A stretch of DNA of 64,000 nt, from NCBI GenBank assembly GCA_002269645.1, contig NIVC01002905.1, positions 62,001-126,000 on the forward strand. The letters run 5' to 3'. Position numbers and translations under genes: made by a program. The notes beneath the pieces were generated by a model. That model was not told the origin of the DNA, ran no database searches, and saw nothing but the letters and a program-made list of their open reading frames with translations. The stretch is from Macrostomum lignano (lineage: Eukaryota). Position 1 is the first letter of the stretch. Every line of letters starts with the position of its first letter. Of the stretch, positions 12,293 to 24,200 are shown piece after piece.

Positions 12293-14940
12293 CCCTGAAC
12301 TGGCGCCTATGAAACACCCGGAACTGGTGCCTATGAGACACCCAGAACTGGCGCCTATGAGACACCCCGAAATGGCGCCTATGAGACACCCGGAACTGGT
12401 GCCTATGAGACACCCAGAACTGGCGCCTATGAGACACCCAGAACTGGCGCCTATGAGACACCCAGAAATGGCGCCTATGAGACACTCCGAACTGGCGCCT
12501 ATGAAACACCCAGAACTGGCGCTTATGAGACACCCGGAACTGGCGCCTATGAGACACCCGGAACTGAACTGGCGCCTATGAGACACCCGGAACTGGCGCC
12601 TATGAAACACCCGGAACTGGTGCCTATGAGACACCCAGAATTGGCGCCTATGAGACACCCAGAACTGGCGCCTATGAGACACCCAGAAATGGCGCCTATG
12701 AGACACTCCGAACTGGCGCCTATGAGACACCCAGAACTGGCGCCTATGAGACACCCAGAAATGGCGCCTATGAGACACTCCGAACTGGCGCCTATGAAAC
12801 ACCCAGAACTGGCGCTTATGAGACACCCGGAACTGGCGCCTATGAGACACCCGGAACTGGCGCCTATGAGACACCCGGAACTGGCGCCTATGAGACACCC
12901 GGAACTGAACTGGCGCCTATGAGGCACCCAGAACTGGCGCCTATGAGACACCCAGAACTGGCGCCTATGAGACACTCCGAAATGGCGCCTATGAGACACC
13001 CCGAAATGGCGGCTATGAGATGCCCAGAACTGGCGCCCATGAGACACCCAGAACTGAACTGGCGCCTATGAGGCACTCAGAACTGGCGCCTATGAGACAC
13101 CCAGAACTGAACTGGCGCCTATGAGGCACTCAGAACTGGCGCCTATGAGACACCCAGAACTGAACTGGCGCCTATGAGGCACTCAGAAATGGCGCCTATG
13201 AGACACTCCGAACTGGCGCCCATGAGACACCCAGAACTGGCGCCTATGAGACACCCAGAAATGGCGCCTATGAGACACTCCGAACTGGCGCCTATGAAAC
13301 ACCCAGAACTGGCGCTTATGAGACACCCGGAACTGGCGCCTATGAGACACCCAAAAATGGCGCCTATGAGACACCCGGAACTGGCGCCTATGAGACACTC
13401 CGAAATGGCGCCTATGAGACACCCCGAAATGGCGCCTATGAGATGCCCAGAACTGGCGCCCATGAGACACCCAGAAATGGCGCCTATGAGACACTCCGAA
13501 CTGGCGCCTATGAAACACCCAGAACTGGCGCCTATGAGACACCCCGAAATGGCGCCTATGAGACACCCAGAACTGGCGCCTATGAGACACTCAGAACTGA
13601 ACTGGCGCCTTTGAGGCACTCAGAACTGGCGCCTATGAGACACCCAGAACTGAACTGGCGCCTATGAGGCACTCAGAACTGGCGCCTATGAGACACCCAG
13701 AACTGGCGCCTATGAGACACTCCGAAATGGCGCCTATGAGACACCCCGAAATGGCGCCTATGAGATGCCCAGAACTGGCGCATATGAGACACCTAGAACT
13801 GGCGCCTATGAGACACCTAAAACTGGCGCCTATGAGACACCCCGAAATGGCGCCTATGAGACACCCCGAAATGGCGCCTATGAGACACCCAAAACTGGCG
13901 CCTATGAGACACCCAGAACTGGCGCCTATGAGATGCCCAGAACTGGCGCCTATGAGACACCCGGAACTGGCGCCTATGGACACCCAGAACTGGCGCTTAT
14001 GAGACAACACGAAATGGCGCCTATGAGACACCCAGAACTGGCGCCTATGAGACACCCGGAACTGAACTGGCGCCTATGAGACACCCGGAACTGGCGCCTA
14101 TGAGACACCCGGAACTGGCGCCTATGAGACACCCAGAATTGGCGCCTATGAGACACCCCGAAATGGCGCCTATGAGACACCCGGAACTGGCGCCTATGAG
14201 ACACCCGGAACTGGCGCCTATGAGACACCCGGAACTGAACTGGCGCCTATGAGGCACCCAGAACTGGCGCCTATGAGACACCCAGAACTGGCGCCTATGA
14301 GACACTCCGAAATGGCGCCTATGAGACACCCCGAAATGGCGGCTATGAGATGCCCAGAACTGGCGCCCATGAGACACCCAGAACTGAACTGGCGCCTATG
14401 AGGCACTCAGAACTGGCGCCTATGAGACACCCAGAACTGAACTGGCGCCTATGAGGCACTCAGAACTGGCGCCTATGAGACACCCAGAACTGAACTGGCG
14501 CCTATGAGGCACTCAGAAATGGCGCCTATGAGACACTCCGAACTGGCGCCCATGAGACACCCAGAACTGGCGCCTATGAGACACCCAGAAATGGCGCCTA
14601 TGAGACACTCCGAACTGGCGCCTATGAAACACCCAGAACTGGCGCTTATGAGACACCCGGAACTGGCGCCTATGAGACACCCAGAACTGAACTGGCGCCT
14701 ATGAGGCACTCAGAACTGGCGCCTATGAGACACCCAGAACTGGCGCCTATGAGACACTCCGAAATGGCGCCTATGAGACACCCCGAAATGGCGCCTATGA
14801 GATGCCCAGAACTGGCGCATATGAGACACCTAGAACTGGCGCCTATGAGACACCTAGAACTGGCGCCTATGAGACACCCCGAAATGGCGCCTATGAGACA
14901 CCCCGAAATGGCGCCTATGAGACACCCAAAACTAGTGCCC
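12293..14940. repeat. 24-bp minisatellite with GGCGCC core, about 110 copies
   Basis: Unit GAACTGGCGCCTATGAGACACCCA with periodic 5-bp (TGAAC) insertions. Confidence 0.98.
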
Positions 14941-15223
14941 CAATATTGATTTAAAAGCAAAAATATTTTAATTATTAACATTAAGAGATTATACTTTCTG
15001 CAAAGCATATATCCTACTTTGTGTTGCCAAAATGCTTGCCAGAGCAAGTCTGACTAACATAAGCGAAGCAGTCAAATATTTGATCAGCTCTGGGCATGCA
15101 GTTATACAATTGTTTTAGCTGATTGAATACATAGTGATTGATGAGCTGTGTGGTGATGGCTGACCCAATGTTTGCATCGGTGAATGATCATTTTTTAGAA
15201 TAATTTTGAGGTGAGGGATTCAG

Positions 15224-18200
15224 GAAGAGACATGAGAAGAGAGAGAGAAGAGTCACGAGAAGGGAGAGGAAAGAGTCACGAGAAGGGAGAGGAAAGAGTC
15301 ACGAGAAGGGAGAGGAGTCACGAGAAGGGAGAGGAAAGAGTCACGAGAAGGGAGAGGGAAGAGTCACGAGAAGGGAGAGGAAGAGTCACGAGAAGGGAGA
15401 GGGAAGAGACACGAGAAGAGAGACAGAAGAGACACGAGAAGAGAGACAGAAGAGACACGAGAAGAGAGACAGAAGAGACACGAGAAGAGAGACATAAGAG
15501 ACACGAGAAGAGAGACAGAAGAGACACGAGAAGAGAGACAGAAGAGACACGAGAAGAGAGACATAAGAGACACGAGAAGAGAGACAGAAGAGACACGAGA
15601 AGAGAGACATAAGAGACACGAGAAGAGAGACAGAAGATACACGAGAAGAGAGAGGGAAGAGTCACGAGAAGGGAGAGGAAAGAGTCACGAGAAGGGAGAG
15701 GAAAGAGTCACGAGAAGGGAGAGGAAAGAGTCACGAGAAGGGAGAGGAAAGAGTCACGAGAATGGAGAGGAAGGAGTCACGAGAAGGGAGAGGAAAGAGT
15801 CACGAGAAGGGAGAGAGAAGAGACACGAGAAGGGAGAGGAAAGAGTCACGAGAAGGGAGAGGGAAGAGTTACGAGAAGGGAGAGGAAAGAGTCACGAGAA
15901 GAGAGAGGGAAGAGTCACGAGAAGAGAGAGGAAAGAGTCACGAGAAGGGAGAGGAAAGAGTCACGAGAAGGGAGAGGAAAGAGTCACAAGAAGGGAGAGG
16001 AAAGAGTCACGAGAAGGGAGAAGAAAGAGTCACGAGAAGGGAGAGGGAAGAGTCACGAGAAGGGAGAGGGGAGAGTCACGAGAAGGGAGAGGGAAGAGTC
16101 ACGAGAAGGGAGAGGGAAGAGACACGAGAAGAGAGACAGAAGATACACGAGAAGAGAGAGGGAAGAGTCACGAGAAGGGAGAGGAAAGAGTCACGAGAAG
16201 GGAGAGGAAAGAGTCACGAGAAGAGAGAGGAAAGAGTCACGAGAAGGGAGAGGGAAGAGTTACGAGAAGGGAGAGGAAAGAGTCACTAGAAGGGAGAGGA
16301 AAGAGTCACGAGAAGGGAGAGGAAAGAGTCACGAGAAGGGAGAGGGAAGAGTCACGAGAAGGGAGAAGGAAAGAGTCACGAGAAGGGAGAGGAAAAAGTC
16401 ACGAGAAGAGAGAGGAAAGAGTCACGATAAGAGAGAGGAAAGAGTCACGAGAAGGGAGAGGAAAGAGTCACGATAAGAGAGAGGAAAAAGTCATGAGAAG
16501 AGAGAGGAAAGAGTCACGATAAGAGAGAGGAAAGAGTCACGAGAAGGGAGAGGAAAGAGTCACGAGAAGGGAGAGGAAAGAGTCACGAGAAGAGAGAGGA
16601 AGAGTCACGATAAGAGAGAGGAAAGAGTCACGAGAAGGGAGAGGAAAGAGTCACGAGAAGGGAGAGGAAAGAGTCACGAGAAGAGAGAGGGAAGAGTCAC
16701 GATAAGAGAGAGGAAAGAGTCACGAGAAGGGAGAGGGAAGAGTCACGAGAAGGGAGAAGGAAAGAGTCACGAGAAGAGAGAGGAAAGAGTCACGAGAAGG
16801 GAGAGGAAAGAGTCACGAGAAGAGAGAGGGAAGAGTCACGATAAGAGAGAGGAAAGAGTCACGAGAAGGGAGAGGAAAGAGTCACGAGAATGGAGAGGAA
16901 AGAGTCACGAGAAGAGAGAGGAAAGAGTCACGAGAAGAGGAGAGGGAAGATTCACTAGAAGGGAGAGGAAAGAGTCACGAGAAGAGAGAGGAAGAGTCAC
17001 GAGAAGGGAGAGGGAAGAGTCACGAGAAGGGAGACGGAAGAGTCACGAGAAGGGAGAAGGAAAGAGTCACGAGAAGGGAAAGGAAAAAGTCACGAGAAGA
17101 GAGAGGAAAGAGTCACGATAAGAGAGAGGAAAGAGTCACGAGAAGGGAGAGGAAAGAGTCACGAGAAGGGAGAGGAAAGAGTCACGAGAAGAGAGAGGGA
17201 AGAGTCACGATAAGAGAGAGGAAAAAGTCACGAGAAGAGAGAGGAAAGAGTCACGATAAGAGAGAGGAAAGAGTCACGAGAAGGGAGAGGAAAGAGTCAC
17301 GAGAAGGGAGAAAGAGTCACGAGAAGAGAGAGGGAAGAGTCACGATAAGAGAGAGGAAAGAGTCACGAGAAGGGAGAGGGAAGAGTCACGAGAAGGGAGA
17401 AGGAAAGAGTCACGAGAAGAGAGAGGAAAGAGTCACGAGAAGGGAGAGGAAAAAGTCACAAGAAGAGAGAGGGAAGAGTCACGATAAGAGAGAGGAAAGA
17501 GTCACGAGAAGGGAGAGGAAAGAGTCACGAGAATGGAGAGGAAAGAGTCACGAGAAGAGAGAGGAAAGAGTCACGAGAAGGGAGAGGGAAGATTCACTAG
17601 AAGGGAGAGGAAAGAGTCACGAGAAGAGAGAGGGAAGAGTCACGAGAACGGAGAGGAAAGAGTCACGAGAAGGGAGAGGAAAGAGTCACGAGAAGTGAGA
17701 GGAAAAAGTCACGAGAAGGGAGAGGGAAGAGACACGAGAAGGGAGAGGAGTCACGAGAAGGGAGAGGGAAGAGTCACGAGAAGGGAGAGGAAAGAGTCAC
17801 GAGAAGGGAGAGGAAAGAGTCACGAGAAGGGAGAGGGAAGAGTCACGAGAAGGGAGAGGGAAGAGACACGAGAAGAGAGACAGAAGATCGCGAGAAGAGA
17901 GAGGGAAGAGTCACGAGAAGGGAGAGGAAAGAGTCACGAGAAGGGAGAGGAAAGAGTCACGAGAAGGGAGAGGAAAGAGTCACGAGAATGGAGAGGAAAG
18001 AGTCACGAGAAGGGAGAGGAAAGAGTCACGAGAAGGGAGAGAGAAGAGACACGAGAAGGGAGAGGAAAGAGTCACGAGAAGGGAGAGGGAAGAGTTACGA
18101 GAAGGGAGAGGAAAGAGTCACGAGAAGAGAGAGGGAAGAGTCACGAGAAGAGAGAGGAAAGAGTCACGAGAAGGGAGAGGAAAGAGTCACGAGAAGGGAG

Positions 18201-21200
18201 AGGAAAGAGTCACGAGAAGGGAGAGGAAAGAGTCACGAGAAGGGAGAGGAAAGAGTCACGAGAAGGGAGAGGGAAGAGACACGAGAAGGGAGAGGAGTCA
18301 CGAGAAGGGAGAGGGAAGAGTCACGAGAAGGGAGAGGAAAGAGTCACGAGAAGGGAGAGGAAAGAGTCACGAGAATGGAGAGGAAAGAGTCACGAGAAGG
18401 GAGAGGAAAGAGTCACGAGAAGGGAGAGGAAAGAGTCACGAGAAGAGAGAGGAAAGAGTCACGAGAAGGGAGAGGAAAGAGTCACGAGAAGGGAGAGGGA
18501 AGAGTCACGAGAAGGGAGAGGAAGAGTCACGAGAAGGGAGAGGAAAGAGTCACGAGAAGGGAGAGGGAGAGTCACGAGAAGGGAGAGGAAGAGTCACGAG
18601 AAGGGAGAGGAAGAGACACGAGAAGAGAGAAGAAGATCACGAGAAGAGAGAGGAAGAGTCACGAGAAGGGAGAGGAAAGAGTCACGAGAAGGGAGAGGAA
18701 AGAGTCACGAGAAGAGAGAGGAAAGAGTCACGAGAAGGGAGAGGGAAGAGTCACGAGAAGGGAGAGGAAAGAGTCACTAGAAGGGAGAGGAAAGAGTCAC
18801 GAGAAGGGAGAGGAAAGAGTCACGAGAAGGGAGAGGAAAGAGTCACGAGAAGAGAGAGGGAAGAGTCACGAGAAGAGAGAGGAAAGAGTCACGAGAAGGG
18901 AGAGGAAAGAGTCACGAGAAGGGAGAGGAAAGAGTCACGAGAAGGGAGAGGAAAGAGTCACGAGAAGGGAGAGGAAAGAGTCACGAGAATGGAGAGGAAA
19001 GAGTCACGAGAAGAGAGAGGAAAGAGTCACGAGAAGGGAGAGGAAAAAGTCACGAGAAGAGAGAGGAAAGAGTCACGATAAGAGAGAGGAAAGAGTCACG
19101 ATAAGAGAGAGGAAAGAGTCACGAGAAGAGAGAGGGAAGAGTCACGAGAAGAGAGAGGGAAGAGTCACGATAAGAGAGAGGAAAGAGTCACGAGAAGGGA
19201 GAGGAAAGAGTCACGAGAAGAGAGAGGGAAGAGTCACGATAAGAGAGAGGAAAGAGTCACGAGAAGGGAGAGGGAAGATTCACGAGAAGGGAGAGGAAAG
19301 AGTCACGAGAAGAGAGTGGGAAGAGTCACGAGAAGGGAGAGGAAAGAGTCACGAGAAGGGAGAGGAAAGAGTCACGAGAAGGGAGAGGAAGAGTCACGAG
19401 AAGGGAGAGGAAGAGTCACGAGAAGGGAGAGGAAAGACACGAGAAGGGAGAGGAGTCACGAGAAGGGAGAGGGAAGAGTCACGAGAAGGGAGAGGAAAGA
19501 GTCACGAGAAGGGAGAGGAAAGAGTCACGAGAATGGAGAGGAAAGAGTCACGAGAAGGGAGAGGAAAGAGTCACGAGAAGGGAGAGGAAAGAGTCACGAG
19601 AAGAGAGAGGAAAGAGTCACGAGAAGGGAGAGGAAAGAGTCACGAGAAGGGAGAGGAAGAGTCACGAGAAGGGAGAGGGAAGAGTCACGAGAAGGGAGAG
19701 GAAAGAGTCACGAGAAGGGAGAGGGAGAGTCACGAGAAGGGAGAGGAAGAGTCACGAGAAGGGAGAGGAAGAGACACGAGAAGAGAGAGAAGATCACGAG
19801 AAGAGAGAGGAAGAGTCACGAGAAGGGAGAGGAAAGAGTCACGAGAAGGGAGAGGAAAGAGTCACGAGAAGAGAGGAAAGAGTCACGAGAAGGGAGAGGA
19901 AGAGTCACGAGAAGGGAGAGGAAAGAGTCACGAGAAGGGAGAGGAAAGAGTCACGAGAAGGGAGAGGAAAGAGTCACGAGAAGGGAGAGGAAAGAGTCAC
20001 GAGAAGGGAGAGGAAAGAGTCACGAGAAGGGAGAGGAAAGAGTCACGAGAAGGGAGAGGAAAAGTCACGAGAAGAGAGAGGAAAGAGTCACGAGAAGAGA
20101 GAGGAAAGAGTCACGAGAAGGGAGAGGAAAGAGTCACGAGAAGGGAGAGGAAAGAGTCACGAGAAGAGAGAGGAAAGAGTCACGAGAAGGGAGAGGAAAG
20201 AGTCACGAGAAGGGAGAGGAAGAGTCACGAGAAGAGAGAGGAAGAGTCACGAGAAGAGAGAGGAAAGAGTCACGAGAAGGGAGAGGAAGAGTCACGAGAA
20301 GGAGAGGAAAGAGTCACGAGAAGAGAGGAAAGAGTCACGAGAAGGGAGAGGAAAGAGTCACGAGAAGAGAGAGGAAGAGTCACGAGAAGAGAGAGGAAAG
20401 AGTCACGAGAAGGGAGAGGAAAGAGTCACGAGAAGGAGAGGAAAGAGTCACGAGAAGAGAGAGGAAAGAGTCACGAGAAGGGAGAGAGTCACGAGAAGGG
20501 AGAGGAAGAGTCACGAGAAGGGAGAGGAAAGACACGAGAAGGGAGAGGAGTCACGAGAAGGGAGAGGAAGAGTCACGAGAAGGGAGAGGAAAGAGTCACG
20601 AGAAGGGAGAGGAAAGAGTCACGAGAATGGAGAGGAAAGAGTCACGAGAAGGGAGAGGAAAGAGTCACGAGAAGGGAGAGGAAAGAGTCACGAGAAGAGA
20701 GAGGAAAGAGTCACGAGAAGGGAGAGGAAAGAGTCACGAGAAGGGAGAGGAAGAGTCACGAGAAGGGAGAGGAAGAGTCACGAGAAGGGAGAGGAAAGAG
20801 TCACGAGAAGGGAGAGGAGAGTCACGAAAGGGAGAGGAAGAGTCACGAGAAGGGAGAGGAAGAGTCACGAGAAGAGAGAAGAGTCACGAGAAGGGAGAGG
20901 AAGAGTCACGAGAAGGGAGAGGAAAGAGTCACGAGAAGGGAGAGGAAAGAGTCACGAGAAGGAGAGGAAAGAGTCACGAGAAGGGAGAGGAAAGAGTCAC
21001 GAGAAGGGAGAGGAAAGAGTCACGAGAAGGGAGAGGAAAGAGTCACGAGAAGGGAGAGGAAAGAGTCACGAGAAGGGAGAGGAAAGAGTCACGAGAAGGG
21101 AGAGGAAAGAGTCACGAGAAGAGAGAGGAAAGAGTCACGAGAAGGGAGAGGAAGAGTCACGAGAAGGGAGAGGAAGAGTCACGAGAAGAGAGAGGAAGAG

Positions 21201-24200
21201 TCACGAGAAGGGAGAGGAGTCACGAGAAGGGAGAGGGAAGAGTCACGAGAAGGGAGAGGAAAGAGTCACGAGAAGGGAGAGGAAAGAGTCACGAGAATGG
21301 AGAGGAAAGAGTCACGAGAAGGGAGAGGAAAGAGTCACGAGAAGGGAGAGGAAAGAGTCACGAGAAGAGAGAGGAAAGAGTCACGAGAAGGGAGAGGAAG
21401 AGTCACGAGAAGGGAGAGGAAGAGTCACGAGAAGGGAGAGGAAGAGTCACGAGAAGGGAGAGGAAAGAGTCACGAGAAGGGAGAGGAGAGTCACGAGAAG
21501 GGAGAGGAAGAGTCACGAGAAGGGAGAGGAAAGACACGAGAAGGAGAGAAAGATCACGAGAAGGGAGAGGAAGAGTCACGAGAAGGGAGAGGAAAGAGTC
21601 ACGAGAAGAGAGAGGAAAGAGTCACGAGAAGAGAGAGGAAAGAGTCACGAGAAGAGAGAGGAAAGAGTCACGAGAAGGAGAGGAAAGAGTCACGAGAAGA
21701 GAGAGGAAGAGTCACGAGAAGAGAGAGGAAAGAGTCACGAGAAGGGAGAGGAAAGAGTCACGAGAAGGAGAGGAAGAGTCACGAGAAGAGAGAGGAAAGA
21801 GTCACGAGAAGGGAGAGGGAAGATTCACGAGAAGGGAGAGGAAAGAGTCACGAGAAGAGAGTGGGAAGAGTCACGAGAAGGGAGAGGAAAGAGTCACGAG
21901 AAGGGAGAGGAAAGAGTCACGAGAAGGGAGAGGAAAGAGTCACGAGAAGGGAGAGGAAAGAGTCACGAGAAGGGAGAGGAAGAGTCACGAGAAGGGAGAG
22001 GGAAGAGTCACGAGAAGGGAGAGGAAAGAGTCACGAGAAGGGAGAGAAGAGTCACGAGAAGGAGAGGAAGAGTCACGAGAAGGGAGAGGAAAGAGTCACG
22101 AGAAGGGAGAGGAGTCACGAGAAGGGAGAGGAAGAGTCACGAGAAGGGAGAGGAAAGAGTCACGAGAAGGGAGAGGAGAGTCACGAGAAGGAGAGGAAGA
22201 GTCACGAGAAGGGAGAGGAAAGAGTCACGAGAAGGGAGAGGAAAGAGTCACGAGAATGGAGAGGAAAGAGTCACGAGAAGGGAGAGGAAAGAGTCACGAG
22301 AAGGGAGAGGAAAGAGTCACGAGAAGAGAGAGGAAAGAGTCACGAGAAGGGAGAGGAAAGAGTCACGAGAAGGGAGAGGGAAGAGTCACGAGAAGGGAGA
22401 GGGAAGAGTCACGAGAAGGGAGAGGAAAGAGTCACGAGAAGAGAGGAGAGTCACGAGAAGGGAGAGGAAGAGTCACGAGAAGGGAGAGGAAAGAGTCACG
22501 AGAAGAGAGAGAAGAGTCACGAGAAGAGAGAGGAAGAGTCACGAGAAGGGAGAGGAAGAGTCACGAGAAGAGAGAGGAAAGAGTCACGAGAAGGGAGAGG
22601 AAAGAGTCACGAGAAGGGAGAGGAAAGTCACGAGAAGGGAGAGGAAAGAGTCACGAGAAGGGAGAGGAAAGAGTCACGAGAAGGGAGAGGAAAGAGTCAC
22701 GAGAAGGGAGAGGAAAGAGTCACGAGAAGGGAGAGGAAAGAGTCACGAGAAGAGAGAGGAAAGAGTCACGAGAAGGGAGAGGAAAGAGTCACGAGAAGAG
22801 AGAGGAAAGAGTCACGATAAGAGAGAGGAAAGAGTCACGAGAAGGGAGAGGAAAGAGTCACGAGAAGGGAGAGGAAAGAGTCACGAGAAGAGAGAGGAAG
22901 AGTCACGAGAAGAGAGGAAAGAGTCACGAGAAGGGAGAGGAAGAGTCACGAGAAGGAGAGGAAGAGTCACGAGAAGAGAGAGGAAAGAGTCACGAGAAGG
23001 GAGAGGAAAGAGTCACGAGAAGGAGAGGGAAGAGTCACGAGAAAGAGAGGAAAGAGTCACGAGAAGGGAGAGGAAAGAGTCACGAGAAGAGAGAGGAAAG
23101 AGTCACGAGAAGAGAGAGGAAAGAGTCACGAGAAGGGAGAGGAAAGAGTCACGAGAAGGAGAGGAAGAGTCACGAGAAGGGAGAGGAAAGAGTCACGAGA
23201 AGGGAGAGGAGAGTCACGAGAAGGGAGAGGAAGAGTCACGAGAAGGGAGAGGAAAGAGTCACGAGAAGGGAGAGGAGAGTCACGAGAATGGAGAGGAAAG
23301 AGTCACGAGAAGGGAGAGGAAAGAGTCACGAGAAGGGAGAGGAAAGAGTCACGAGAAGAGAGAGGAAAGAGTCACGAGAAGGGAGAGGAAAGAGTCACGA
23401 GAAGGGAGAGGAAAGAGTCACGAGAAGGAGAGGAAAGAGTCACGAGAAGGGAGAGGAAAGAGTCACGAGAAGGGAGAGGAAGAGTCACGAGAAGGGAGAG
23501 GAAGAGTCACGAGAAGGGAGAGGAAGAGACGAGAAGAGAGACAGAGTCACGAGAAGGGAGAGGGAAGAGTCACGAGAAGGGAGAGGAAAGAGTCACGAGA
23601 AGGGAGAGGGAAGAGTCACGAGAAGAGAGAGGAAGAGTCACGAGAAGGGAGAGGAAGAGTCACGAGAAGGGAGAGGAAAGAGTCACGAGAAGGGAGAGGA
23701 AAGAGTCACGAGAAGGGAGAGGAAAGAGTCACGAGAAGGAGAGGAAAGAGTCACGAGAAGGAGAGGAAAGAGTCACGAGAAGGAGAGGAAAGAGTCACGA
23801 GAAGGGAGAGGAAAGAGTCACGAGAAGGAGAGGAAAGAGTCACGAGAAGAGAGAGGAAGAGTCACGAGAAGGAGAGGAGTCACGAGAAGGGAGAGGAAGA
23901 GTCACGAGAAGGGAGAGGAAAGAGTCACGAGAAGGGAGAGGAAAGAGTCACGAGAAGGAGAGGAAAGAGTCACGAGAAGGGAGAGGAAAGAGTCACGAGA
24001 AGGGAGAGGAAAGAGTCACGAGAAGGAGAGGAAAGAGTCACGAGAAGGGAGAGGAAAGAGTCACGAGAAGGGAGAGGAAAGAGTCACGAGAAGGAGAGGA
24101 AGAGTCACGAGAAGGGAGAGGAAAGAGTCACGAGAAGGGAGAGGGAAGAGTCACGAGAAGGGAGAGGAAGAGTCACGAGAAGGGAGAGGAAGAGTCACGA

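Noticed and set aside
6530-14940. CRISPR-like appearance of regularly spaced 20-35-bp repeats
   Set aside because: Units are head-to-tail with no unique spacers, there are no cas genes, and the context is eukaryotic.
8552-14949. Many overlapping repetitive ORFs (VSHP, MRHPELAP, EEMKGHWKG and others)
   Set aside because: Translations of minisatellites, open in several frames on both strands.
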